64,000 nt of DNA from Sphyrna mokarran. Lineage: Eukaryota. Below, piece by piece: positions 38,351 to 51,516 of this stretch. Position 1 is the stretch's first letter. Every line of letters begins with the position of its first letter. The DNA is taken from contig JAGIQG010000010.1 of the NCBI GenBank assembly GCA_024679065.1, positions 68,634,001-68,698,000 on the forward strand, written 5' to 3'. Position numbers and translations under genes: made by a program. The notes beneath the pieces were generated by a model that did no database searches, was not told the DNA's origin, and saw only the letters and a list, made by a program, of their open reading frames with translations.

Positions 38351-38689
38351 CTGGAAGAGAAACAGGCAGGTAGAAATTGCAATGATGGATTACAAAACTG
38401 TCTTCATGATTCAGTGTTCTTCTCCTCATGGAATTCGGCATAAAATTCTATTAAATTGTAGTTTAAACAACTTATTACAGCAGTAACTAAACATAGCTAT
38501 TAGCAAAAATGCATGATCTTCAGATTAACTATTGTACAATAGTTAACATTAATTATACGTTACTACTAAAATTATATAACTATTATATATAAAACAGAGT
38601 GATCACAGCATTTTAAAAGGTACTGCAGCAGAGGATGTTTCTGTGAATTAAACATCATATTGAACAATGGAAACTAATTGCATAGGGGT

Positions 38690-39480
38690 ACCTCCTAAAG
38701 TTATGTGACAACCTCAACTGGATCTTCTCATCAGGGATAACCCTCTCATCCCAGGGACCAATCAACTGAGCTTTTTACTGTACTACCCAATGTAAATTGA
38801 TCTTTTGTTAAAAGGAAAGGAACCTGGGTATCCTTGCTCCTAAGTTATTAAAAGCTAATGTGCATGTGCAGTGAGTAATTAACGTTGACTTTTCTTGCAA
38901 GAGAATTTAGGAGTTTTGATGTCTTGCTTCATTTGTAGAGAAACTTGTTTAGATGGCACTTGGAATTGTGTATACAGTTTTGGTCCCCTTACCCATACAA
39001 GTGATGAGGGAGTGCATGGAGGTTTAACAGACTAACTCTTGGAATGAGAGAGATTGAGGAGAGTTTAGAAGAATGAGAGATTTTTCCACTCCCCCAAATC
39101 TTTAACGAAAAGATTACTAATTAGGCCTATCACATTGCGCAATAATCAAAGAATGCGAAGTGATCTCTTTGAAACACAAAATTCTCAAAGGATTTGAAAG
39201 GGTAAAAACCAAAAGAATGTTTCCCTGAACTGGATCTAGAACTAGGACTGAGACACAGACGAATTTCTTCACTCTCAGAAGGTGGGGATTTTTTGGAATT
39301 AGAACTAGAGTCATTGTGCATGTTCAAAACAGAAACAGAGAGATTTCTAGATACTAAAAATATTGAAGGATAAGGGGATAGTGTGGGGAAAATAGCATTA
39401 TGGAAGATCAGCCATAATCTAGTTCAACAGTAGAGCAGGCTTGAGGGGCTGAATGGCTTTCTCCTGCTCCTATGTTTGTA
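38690..39480 (+). mobile_element. Degraded CR1 3' portion (first ~100 bp appear inverted)
   Basis: ORF2 C-terminal remnants and the tail gggctgaatggc.t.ctcctgctcctatg. Confidence 0.65.
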
Positions 39481-40163
39481 TGTACCGTGAAGACAGATGC
39501 ATAATATTGCCAAATTGCCCAGGATCATTTATTCTGTTGATGCCTTTAAGCGTTTACTTTAGCCAGTCTCCTTCATTTTATATTTAGTAAAAACTCTTGC
39601 AATCTGTTTTTATATTATTGGTTTATTTCTTCTCATTCTATTTTTTACCCTTTTTAGAAATTTTCTGTCCACCTTTGCTGGTTTCTATAACACTCCTAAT
39701 CCTCAGGCTTTGACTTGTTATAAGCCACTTGTATAATACTACCTGTAACTTCTGCACTAAAACTACAAATGTAGTCTTGTTGACTTTATGTTTTAATGGA
39801 ATGTAATTTTGTTGAACATTTTGAATTGTTTCTTTATTTACTACCACACTTTTACTCTATTTACCCAATCAATGTTAACCATTTCTCCCCACATTACCTA
39901 TCCAATTGGTTTTGTTTAGATTTAAGATGCTTCCAGGACACACTTAAACTTAATATGCAACTCAATTGTATTGCAGATACTCACACTGCCCAACCCCTCC
40001 CAAAATCTTTAATGAAAAGATTACTAATTAGACCTGTCATTGCATGGTAATAAATCTAAAATAAAATAACTTTATTCCTACAATAATCCAATTGTAAATT
40101 ATGGCAGATGCTGGAAATCTGAAATATATATATAAATATTTGGAAATATTTGTGCAGGTAGCA

Positions 40164-40493
40164 CAGAATAAAATAGAATCCCTACAGTGCAGAAGTTGGC
40201 CATTTGGCCCAGCGAGTCTGCACCAACAACAATCCCACCCAGGCCCTATCCCTCTCAGCCCGCTGCTAACCCTTTAGTCTACACATCCGAGGACACTAAG
40301 GGGCAATTTAGCATGGCCAATCAATCTAACCTGCACATCTTTGGACTGTGGGAAGAAACCAGGGTACGTGGAGGAAGCCCACACAGACGGAGAGAATGTG
40401 CAAATTCCACACAGGGTGACCTAAGCCAGGAATCGAAGCTGGGTCCTGGAACTGTGAGGCACAGTGCTCACCACTGTGCTACCGTACCATCCC
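40164..40493 (-). mobile_element. HE1-type V-SINE
   Basis: Reverse complement of the 8365-8690 type, with head, V-core and CR1-type tail. Confidence 0.9.
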
Positions 40494-42629
40494 ATCTATA
40501 AACATAGATAACGTTTCAGATGTGACATTTTATCAGAACTGAGTTAAGTTAGAAATGCAACAAGTTTTAAGCAAATAAAAGCAGGGTTAGGTAGGGGGGA
40601 CTTTTATTTCCAGTTGGTTCCACAATGTGTTGTTCATAATATATATGGTCCATAATCCTGGACTCCCCGATCAGGAGAAATATTTTCTCTCCATGGATCC
40701 TATTTAGTCCCCTTGAAAGCTTTAATCATTGCTTATTTAAATTCCAGGAAATACAACCCCCCGCCTGTGTAATCTCTCCTTGCAGTTGTTGGCACTGTTT
40801 TTGTGTTCTAATTTGTTTAAATCGCTAAAAACAGAGTAAATAGGCACAGCCACGTATTGTGCCTTTAATGAATGTATTAACTACATGATCCATTATGAAT
40901 AGTCAGGTTTTTAATAAGCTCATATTACAAGAGCCAATACTTGGGGGTATATCATATTCTACAATCCAGCATGAATACAACATACCAATGGTTCGCTCAC
41001 AACTCTTATACTTAATCTGCCATTGATTTCTACGTTCCATGCATATTACCATTAAATTATAGTACAAAGATAGATAAAAGTATCAGAATAACAACATGGA
41101 GACAAGATGCAATTAGGTTCTCGCAATCTCTTCTAATCATTCAATAGTCTACTGAAGCTCATCCAATAATTTTATTGCTATGAATACAGTGACCATATCA
41201 TCTCCCAGATCATTAGGCACACGTCAGCCTTCTGATTTGCAGAGATATCTTTAAGATGCATTGTACAAGTGCCTATGTTCAACTGAGTGCAGTTTTAATT
41301 TCTTCCATCACACCTTGCTCCCAGCCACCTAACAGGAACCTAGCTACTAACATCATTTGAAATTTGGCTAAATCTGCCAGTAAGGTTAAGATTAACTTTT
41401 CCCATCTTCTAACGAAATAAAAACCTTAGACTATACTGAGAAAACAAACCTCTCTCTCAGTCTGCTACTCATGCTATGTGTGTGTGTGAGATCAACAAAC
41501 TCTTCAGGTCCTGTTCCTCATACTTCCCTGGGCATAAGCAGGCTAATCATTGCTTAACAAAATATTTCAAACTTTCCAACACCCCGGGGATCTGAATCTT
41601 TTTAATATGACCGCATTTGATTAGGTTAATGTTTTATTAGCTATACAGAAAAAAGTGACCTTGATTAAATCTTTACTTAAAAAGAGGGAGTGTCCTAAAA
41701 AAGCCAATTGGTTTGATATGAAATAAACTAATGAATTCATATGATTGCAATAAAAGATTTAAATAATTCATACTACAAAGAAATTTCAAGTAAAGTGATT
41801 CAGCTAAGAACTTGGACATTTTTTAACACATTTGAATCAGAAGATCAAATTACTATCACTTAAAGCCAGTTCTGGGAGGTCAGGTGGTTGCAACAGATAG
41901 TGGAAATGGCTGAAAGAGAGTCACTGGTAAGAAGAACATTGAATAATGTTCAGCGAATGGGCTCCTGATGCAGAACTGGTGCAGGATATGGACAGGAGCA
42001 ATGAGATTCTCTATCCAGAGAACTAGAGGGCCTTTCCAGACAGACATTGCAAAGTCAGTGAAATCATTCCACAATCCATGCTAGTCTGAGAACTAGAATA
42101 TAGTGTGCTGCATGAATTTTACCCTTGCAAAACAGTAAAGGTAAATGAATTCATCTTCAAATGCCATTGCCTTTGAAATGAGCTTCACTAGTCTCAGATA
42201 TCGCTCAAGTCACTACTTTCTCTCCTTCACTCTCAATTCTTTAGCTTTATCTCATGCCAGCTCACTTAGCACTGCTGCAAGTCTTAGAAATATTCTGGGG
42301 TGAAGTTGAGATATTGGAGGAGGCACACCAACAAGTTTCCAAACAATCCATCTAACCAACCCTTTAAGCACTGCTGGCCTTCACACGTGGCAGAGCCAGC
42401 AGATTACACACTAAATTTATCAGCCAACTCAGTAGCCATCAAACTAAAGTGGAAGCAAGTCATCCTAAATTCCAAGGGACTGCCTAAGGAAAGGGGGTAT
42501 GTCAATATTGAGGGACAATGGAAAAGCAGGAACAAGCAGATGGGTCGGCAACATCTTGTGTTTTGTTAATGTAAGATTGGAGAGCATTGTGAAGGCACAG
42601 AAGTAACTACCCCAAACGCCATTGCCATA

Positions 42630-42812
42630 ACCTGCACATTTAGCATGGCCAATCCACCTAACCTGCACATCATTGGACTGTGGGAGGAAACCAGAACACC
42701 CCAGAGGAAACTCAGACACTGGAGAACGTACAAACTCCACACAAAAAGAGCTAGCCAAGGCTACAATCGAACCTGGGTGCCCTAGTGTAGCGGCGCTAAT
42801 CACTATGCCAGT
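42630..42812 (-). mobile_element. HE1-type V-SINE, partial
   Basis: V-core tttagcatggccaatccacctaacctgcacatc...caaactccacac plus head. Confidence 0.8.
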
Positions 42813-43082
42813 GTTACAAAAAAAACAAGCTAGACTTTCCTGATAAATGTGATTGTTGTGACTGGTAAGTTTCTTCATTATGAAATAGGAATTATAACAA
42901 TTCATTTAATTATTACATTAGAGAAAAATGGCAATTTGTTTCTGAACAAAAAGTTGGAAAAGCTTGGTTTTAAATTACAATCAAATATTGAAAATATTAG
43001 CTTACGTGTTCATGCTGAGACAAAAATCACAAACTATTCTCAGTCTCTATCAAGTTTAGATCATAACAAATGGTTTACTAAC

Positions 43083-43240
43083 CTGTCCTGTTTTTCTTTC
43101 TCAAACTCCAGGTATGGGGCATTTTGAGTATCTTGGTTAAGTCTGTCTGATCCTTAAATTTTGCATTCCTTATTTCTTCAAACCATTGACCCGTTACACC
43201 TTTCAACCATAATTTGTCGTGATTTGTGTTATAGAGATCC
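43083..43240 (-). CDS. EXPH5: EXPH5 coding exon 2 (SHD2, no zinc finger)
   Basis: tttttAG acceptor, G|GTTAGT donor, 158 nt, phase 2-1. WLKGVTGQWFEEIRNAKF resembles the EXPH5 WLQGVTGEWFEEI motif. Confidence 0.92.
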
Positions 43241-44809
43241 CTAAAAATGAAACCAACCATTATTAATATCACAAAGAAAAAAATTGCACCAGGCATTTAA
43301 GCTAAGTGATCTTTCCAGAAAGGTGAACAATTTTTATCAACCATGTTACCATCATTGTGTTTCAACAATTCTTTATATTTCAGTGGATGTAGGGCATCAG
43401 GGAATAACTCCATTTCACTATTACTAACATTCAGATAGCATCAGAAAACTGATATGTTGATCTTCAAATGACTTTCAGAGCTTCTGTTCCATGTGATAGT
43501 AGACTATATTGAGATAATACTTTGGTGATAGCTATCACAATACCATCAAGTGTGTGCAGGATATTGCTCATATCAGAATATGGACAGATCTTCCAATATC
43601 AGAGGAACACAAATACTCGAAAGCTAATATAAAATTGCACTCAAACTATGACAAGCAATTGCATTTGACTGTTCCAGCACAGTTACAACATATCATACGT
43701 TTATAGTAATATAGAACAGAATATTCATAATGTAAAAGAAAACAATGCCAATGTTCATTGTCATCTCATTGAAAAGACTCCCTATGGCCTATAAACAAAT
43801 TTTTCCTGGACCTCAGTGCAAACAGAAAAATTTTACTGTCCCACCCACTATGTAAATCATAGCAGGCGAGGGAAGGACCATAGAAAGGTCTGTTGACCTC
43901 AGGCAAAACTTTTCCAGTTTTGGAACAAGTGTGGATGGCAAATCCTGCCCTCTCAATGATGAGATGTGCTCTCCCAACAGGACACAGAAACTGCTGGAAA
44001 CAAACAAATTCATGGATGACAATCTAATTTAACTGAACTCCGCCTAACTCTTACCAACTGCAACTATATGAAAAATAGTACAATAACTAGATACAAGTCC
44101 ACCCTACAGTGTGCAATTTATCAATTATATGTATTCCTCCTTATCTGTACTGCCTTCATTAATCTGATTGATTGTCACACAAGCTCTCTCTGATTAGCTG
44201 TGGCACATTTACAGCACTGCAAGATTAATAGGGAGAATATCCATAAGAAAATTCTTCACACCCAGAATTCTAACTTTTGAGTCTTGTGCTATGGCCAGCT
44301 GGGTTGATGTCCTTTTCTCCTTTGTTGCCGTTTTCTTAAATGCAAACATTGCTTTTTACATAGCGCGAATTTCAGTGTGCAAATGTGCAAAAACGACAAT
44401 TCTGCTGCATAAAAGTGCTTATTTGTTAATTTGCCAGTCAACTTTTTATGCTGAACTTGTATTCATAATTTGTTAAATCAAGGAAATCACACATGGAATT
44501 CAGTATTCCAGATATTGTAAGGTTATACAAATAAAAGTCTACTGGACAGAATATAAAATGAAATTTGAACCAAACATGCAAGACAAAAGACTAAAGTGAG
44601 AATGTCCCCACCCGGTCTCATTAGACGAAGGGGAGTGAAAAAGAAAGCAATTTTTCACACGTTTCCTGAATTTAATGGTTTTTGCTACCAAATTCCACCA
44701 TAACAAAGTGTACCTTTTCCAGAAATGACACAAAAGCAAATTAATTAACTTAATGAAGAACAAAATGAGAAAGATTCAAAATTCTTCCTGCCGAGGTAAT
44801 CGAACAGCA

Positions 44810-45110
44810 AGAATGACGTACTTGCAACATGGTGTTTATAACATAGTGAAATGTCCCAAAGTGCTTCACGGGAGCTTTATCAAAACAAATTTGACTCTGA
44901 GTTAGTCGGGGGTGTGGGGTGTGAATATTAGGACAAATTGCCAAGAGATTGGTCACAAGTGGCAGATTTTAAAACGAAAATTGTAACAGTAAAGAGAGTT
45001 AGTGGGGTTTAGGGAGAGAGAATTCTAGGTGTTCTATGCTTGGGAGCTGACAGCACCGACGCCAATTGAAGAATTTAATTGGTGAAATTAAATCCGGTGA
45101 AGTTCAAAGA
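44810..45110 (-). mobile_element. L2-like 3' end
   Basis: gtcccaaagtgcttcacgggagctttatcaaaacaaatttgac, homologous to 17068-17145. Confidence 0.6.
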
Positions 45111-45579
45111 CAATAACATAACATTATACAGTGCTGACAGGTTGTGTTTTGAAAATTATACCTCTTTTATCCCAGTAGCACATGAACTGTAATTTTCCAC
45201 AGAACATTTGAGTTACCATGCCAAGTTTCACGACTTCAGAAGGGCTGTGTTCCCACAGTTCACACTGCCTATATAAGATAAACTCAGTTTATCTCAGTTT
45301 ATATATCTATACAAGATAAATTCAAGGCAGATAAATGCTTTTTTGAATCATTTCAGTCCGTTTTTGCTCTTACGATAGCTCTGTAATGGCCCTAGTCAAA
45401 GTCACAAATGACATCCTTTGCGCCTGTGACCATGGTAAGTTGTGTTTGGGATTTCCTGGCTCACTTGCCCCAAATTCAACCCAAGATCGACGGACCTTTG
45501 CAAGATCCATAGTATCCCGCCCAGTACAGTGAGCTGGAGGAAAAATTCCGCTTAATGCATTTGGTGCTTTTCTGAATGA

Positions 45580-45750
45580 ATCTTCTCCATTTTGGTCAGT
45601 CACAAATCAGGAGCTCCCAATAGGCAGCATGGATATGTGACTCTTCAAGGATACTCGTAAAGTATTTTCATTGTCCTCCTGGGTGTCATCTGCTGCAACT
45701 AAGTGCAAAATAGAGCAATTATTGCAGGGTTCTGGTATTAGGCATACAAC
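45580..45750 (-). mobile_element. RTE-like LINE fragment
   Basis: Minus-strand MPNTRTLQ*LLYFAL...HPGGQ*KYF resembles the RTE ORF C-terminal motif MPDxRLPKQLLYxEL...PGGQRKRF. Confidence 0.5.
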
Positions 45751-46365
45751 AACAACAACAACTCTCAACTCCATAAACTTTCCACCTGTCCTCCTTTGAG
45801 ATGTTCTTTGACTGACTATTGGTTACCTGCCTTAATAGCTGCTCCTGATAAATGCGCTATATTAATGCAAGTTGTTTTTAAAGTAGCTTTGTCCCATTAG
45901 TTATGTGGGGAAAAACCTTAGACTCAAGAAAACTTCATATATGCTACATTTGCTGTGTTTAATATTCAAGGACCTCAGTCAGCCACCTCACTGAGCTATC
46001 ACATTGGAGTCAATGATGAATTTCATTGTCTATCTTTATTGAGAAAAAGTTTCCACGATTTGAAAAACAGCTACATGTGATGGAGAAGGTTCATTGAAAG
46101 ACACTGAACACATTGGAAATGTGTTAAGTTAAGGTGTCAGAAGGATCACATAAACCTCAACCAACTCGTTGACCAATTCCTTCAGGCACTATCTGCCCCA
46201 TACGTAACATAGTCTGCAAAACATCCATTGGATGTTTACAAGACTCCATCTTGTATGTGTCAACAGACTTAACCGAGACAGTGGCTGAGCTGTCAACTGT
46301 TGTGGACAGATGTCTGGGAAGGTTCTTTACCTCCCTGTGAAGGTTATATAACATTATCTTATGCA

Positions 46366-48222
46366 ATAGGATCCATCTCTTCCTTGGACACAGGTGAGGT
46401 CCCAGAGGACTGGAGGATAGCAAATGTAGTATCGTTGTTTAAAAAAGGTCAGAGGGATAACCCAGGGAACTATAGGCCGGTGAGCTTGACTTCAGTTATA
46501 GGTAAGCTAATGGAGAGGATTCTCAGGGACAGGATGTATGAGCATCTGGAGTGCTGCGATCTGATCAGGGATACGCAGCATGGCTTTGTCAAGGGGAAGT
46601 CTTGTCTTACAAATCTAGTGGAATTTTTTGAAGAAGTGACAAAAACAGTTGAAGGACATGCTGTTGATGTCATCTACATGGATTTCAGTAAGGCGTTTGA
46701 CAAGGTTCCTCATGGTAGACTGATAGAGAAGGTGGAGGCGCATGGGATACAGGGCCGGGTATGTAGATGGGTCGAGAACTGGCTCGGGAGGAGGAGACAG
46801 AGGGTAGTAGTGGAAGTAGTTTTTCCGACTGGAAGCCTGTCACTAGTGGAGTGCTACAAGGCTCAGTACTAGGTCCTCTTCTATTTGTGGTCTACATAAA
46901 TGACTTGGAAGTAGGGGTAGGTGGTGAGATCAGCAAATTTGCTGATGACACTAAGATGCTTGGATTGGCAGGTACAGAGGAGCAGTGCCAGGCAATACAA
47001 CAGGACATAGATAGGTTGGTATACTGGGCAGATAGATGGCAAATGGAATTTAATCCGGATAAATGCGAGGTGATGCATTTTGGCCGGAAAAATGTAGGAG
47101 AGTTATAGGATAAAAGGTAAAACTATTCGGACTATAGAGACGCAGAGAAACTTGAGGGTGCAGGTTCACAAGTCTCTGAAGGTGTCTTCACAGGTGGAGA
47201 AGGTGATAAAGAAGGCGTATAGTATGTTAGCTTTCATTGAAAAGGGTATAGAATACAAGAGTAGGAGTTTGATGTTGCAATTGTATAGAACGTTGGTTAG
47301 GCCTCATTTGGAATACTGCGTCCAGTTCTGGTTGCCGTACTATCGGAAGGATGTGGAGTCCTTGGAGAGAGTGCAGAGGAGGTTTACCAGGATGCTGCCT
47401 GGTATGGAAGGACTGTCTTATGAGGAACGATTAGATAGACTGGGGTTGTTTTCCCTTGAAAGATGTCGGCTTAGAGGGGATCTCATAGAGGTGTATAAGA
47501 TTATAAGGGGTATAGGTAGAGTAAATGGAGGTAAACTTTTTCCACCTTTAGAAATGGATAGGACGAGGGGTCATGGCCATAGGGTGAGGGGGGCTATGTA
47601 TAGGACGAATATTAGAGGGCAGTTTTTTCACACAAAGGGTAGTGGGGGTGTGGAATGCACTGCCGAGTAAGGTGGTGGGAGCAGGCATGCTGGGGCTGTT
47701 TAAGGGTCTCTTGGACAGCCACATGAGCGGTATGCAGATAGAGGGATATAGTAGGACTGTTTAACTACGGCTTTTTTTCCACAGGTAATTCAGTCCATAC
47801 TTGACCAACATTGAGCATGCATTTGGCAGGTGGTGCGGGTACAGCTCTTGGATGTTGGATTGCCTGGTACCTCATGTCGTAAATGAGTGCTTTATGTGGA
47901 CCATCTGAAGGGCACCATGACAGCTCAGAGACTATCGATGTGGCTGTGCAGACACTTGGAATTGGGCCGGTGTCTGTGGGAGTTTGCGCGTTCTCCCCGT
48001 GGTTGCGTGGGTTTTCTCCGGGCGCTCCGGTTTCCTCCGACATCCCAAAAATTCGCTCTTAGGCTGATTGGGAAACAAATTGTCCCTACGTTTAGACTCT
48101 TCTATATTAGGAATAACCTAAAATTAGAATAGGATAATGGAATTGTTACTATATAGTTATGACGGCGGCACGGGCTCGTTGGGCCGAAGGGCCTGTTTCC
48201 CGTGCTGTGTTGCTCTAAATCT
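46366..48222 (+). mobile_element. Young 5'-truncated CR1 LINE (RT domain nearly intact) with extended 3' UTR containing a V-SINE body
   Basis: ORFs 46300-46872, 46767-47108 and 47152-47670 give contiguous RT motifs (YMDFSKAFDKVPH, GVLQGSVLGPLLF, KFADDTK, RPHLEYCVQFW) with few lesions, followed by a ~460-nt 3' UTR and CR1 tail. Confidence 0.95.
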
Positions 48223-49964
48223 GGATCACCTGAATGTATACCATACAAATAAACTAATCTGTCCATTTCAAACAAAAGATTAAAGCCATGCTTACATCAT
48301 GGAATCAACCATTTTGTTTCTTTAGCAGTTGATTATCTACTTTGGAAAAGGATGATGCCAATTGTCCATGTGTATTCAATTTACAAGGAAATACCTTTTA
48401 AAATGTAATTTCAATGGACAAACAGGAATACTTTACAAAAAGTAGAATTAGTTTCTGTTGGTCTTGAACAGAAACTTCAAGGAGCATCATTTTAAATTTA
48501 AACTATTCTATTCCCCTAGCAGGGGTATGCAGTAGCAGCTGGTTTGCCTTTCTCAATGCCAGGTCCCTCAATGAGGCAAAGTACCTTTGAATGAAAGAAG
48601 CCCCCTCACTCTCTGGGAAGCCCCTGGGAATGCGCAAACAAACATACCAGGGTTTACTTGTTGTGCTTTCTGCATGCTGAGCCCCTTGCCCACTATTGGG
48701 TTAACAACAGCAATGGCAGGATGAGTTCATGCGGGCACTAATTGCCCATTTCAGTACCTCAATTGGTAGCTGGGCAGGAAAGCTGTCAACAGGTCATAGT
48801 ACTCTGGACTTAACTGGGGTGAAGGCAAGAAGGTGGTGTCTCACCTGTTTGAAGTGCTCTCACTCCTGTGTCTTCTCACCATAGGAGAGGGCACAAGATT
48901 CTGTCCATTATTTGCAGATTATGTTGTTAAAAACTAGTAGAGTATTTTGTACTTATCAGTCAATATCAAACTTACAAGCACAGGACTCTGCACACCCTCA
49001 AGACAAACACTAAGTAAAGATCAACAATTTAAAAAAAAAATCAAGACTCTCACTTGAAACATTCACTGAATCCTTACACTACACACATGATAGCACTTCC
49101 ACCAGCAGCTTGGCATCAGCATCAATATCATAAGATCAGTGGACAGCACTACAGTCTCCTCAGAATAAAATGGTATAAATCTGGGAGGTAGGAGCCCTGA
49201 AGTATAAATAATGCTTTCAACTGTGCAAGCTATCATTTTCTGACCCCCTATATAAGCAATGCCGCTACCCAATAATTGGCCTGTGTGAATGTTCCTTACC
49301 ATTGAGGACTGAAGGTCAGAAATGAATTAAAAAGGCACTACTGACAAACTGGGCACTGGAAGCCTGGGTATTTTTGTCATATGTTCTAAAAACAACTCTA
49401 TAATCAAAATACATCACAAAAACAATTCTAACAAAGCTCATAATTAAAGACACATTTGTTTTAAAACAAAAGGAAGGAAAAAGAGAAAAAAAATCAGAAA
49501 AGGAACGACTCCACCGTCACCAACAACGGCAGGCTACAATAACTCATGTTTCAAATCATGAAGCCAAGCAAATAACATCCTCATTTGGAAGCACTAACGA
49601 TGATAACAACTGCACATCCTATGCATTGTATTGGCCGTAAACCTTGAGATGATCTAGAAAAGCACGTGTCTAAATGCAAATTTTTTTTCTCCTGGAAGTG
49701 ACATTGGATGCATAATATCTGTCCATACAAGGGGAGGCACACTATAACAAGATCATGGCACGTTATGTATGTGCAATCTAACAACTATGGACAGAGTTCT
49801 GAGCCACTAAACTGCTCAGAATGAACCTCAACAAAAACCACCGCCTTTTCTGAAGTATCAAGACAAGTTCTGTAGAAAGATGATCTAGATCCAAAATGTT
49901 AACTCCATTTCTCAAAGATATATCTTCAGACCTGCTGAGGGTTTATGCATCATTTTTTCTTTTT

Positions 49965-50345
49965 ATATAAAGAGATGGCTGGACTGGAGGCAAGAAGGGC
50001 CCTCAGATCCTTTTGGAGTCTCACTCTCTCAGCATGTTGCCCTTGAAGAGGCTGCAATGGGGAAGAGACTGTTACCCACCTCTTTCCGGAAAATGTCTTT
50101 ACAGAGAAGGTCTGGAAACTGATGCAGTGGTATGTCAAAGGTCATCTTACACAGCTCCATGGCACAGGTCCGTCTGTGCCAAGGGCTGTTCACGTACCGT
50201 ACAGCTCGAGAATCATCAATTTGGCGAAAGACATTCTTTGTTGAATGTGACTGAGCAGTGCAAACCGGCACATTTTGAGATCCAGAACTATGTGTTGAGG
50301 GATATAAGTTTGAGGCAGTCAATGCAAAGGCATCTTAGGCTTTTC
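49965..50345 (+). mobile_element. L1/Tx1-like ORF2 C-terminal fragment
   Basis: RGCNGEETVTHLF...EKVWKLMQWY, a zinc-binding-like motif. Confidence 0.6.
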
Positions 50346-50897
50346 AGTGATTATGAAAGGAGGGAGATGGTGACATAGTGGTATTGTCATAAAGTAGTAA
50401 TCAGAGGTCCAGGGCAAGATCTGGAGACTTGGGTCTCCAGAGCTACAGGAATGTGATTGACTCCTAAATGGAAGGTAGTTATGGATGTTGGCCCAGCCTA
50501 TAACACTCATATGCCAGAAACATTTTTTTTATTAAATGCTGGAAAATGGGTGAATCTCCTTAGGCTAGGTGTAATGATTATTGTAAGTTGTAAATGAATA
50601 ACATAGTTTTGAAAGAAACATAGTTGGTTTGTTTCCATAATGCCAACTTTGAAAGGTCTTCTAGATATCATATGAAGAAAATATACTTTTGGAAAGAAAA
50701 TCCCTGATATCCATCGTTACGGACTGCCAGGGAGCAGAAATTCCACCCCCCTCTCCCTGATACATAGAAGTAATTGACTTTTTAGCAATTTACCATAGTA
50801 ATATCGCTATGAAACAGAACTTAATATGGGGAAGGTATGGTTGGCACAAATCTGCAACCTGTTATTCACCCGTCCAGAATATTATCTAGCTGATATA

Positions 50898-51516
50898 CTG
50901 GAGGCAGGCACTCTGGAGTTATTTAAGAAATACTTAGCTAGGCACATGAACAGAATGGGAATGGAGGAGTATAGAAAACTGATTTAAAATAAGGATCATG
51001 AGCCTTAGGAGTTCCTGGGAAGTGTGTAAATAGATGATGATATTGATGTATTTGTTTTTATCCTACAGGTGCTTTGGTCCACCTTGTTGTCTAACAAGGG
51101 GCATACACGCGATGGGTCGTGAGAGGACTGCTCTTGGATTTTTTTTCCAGAGTATCCTAGTGCTTCACGTTGTTAGTGTATGCTTGACCTGGACCATTTG
51201 ATGGGCAACACGGCAGCTCAGTGACTATAGCTGTGCTGTGCAGATACATGGATTTGGGCCTGCGGGAGTTTGCGCATTCTCTCCATGCTTGTGTGGGTTT
51301 TCTCCAGGTGCTCCAGTTTCCTCCCACATCCCAAAGATGTGCTCCTAGGCTAATTGGCAAAACAAATTCTCCCTAAATTGTCTCAAATTTGGTTTTTAAT
51401 CCATAGATCTATAAACATGGACAGGGATAGCGGGTAGAGGTGGGAACATCGAGGTGGCGGCGCGGGCACATTGGGCCGAAGGACCTGTTTCCTGTGCTGT
51501 TTTGTTCTTTGTTCTT
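50898..51516 (+). mobile_element. 5'-truncated CR1 3' end with the same hairpin + V-SINE cassette; 7-bp target-site duplication
   Basis: ORF2 end (EAGTLELFKKYLARHMNRMGMEEYR), cassette, tail (TTGTTCT)n. TGATATA at 50891-50897 and 51517-51523. Confidence 0.85.

Noticed and set aside
46300-47670. Active reverse transcriptase gene or retron-like system
   Set aside because: This is a 5'-truncated CR1 ORF2 without the endonuclease, broken by frameshifts and a stop.
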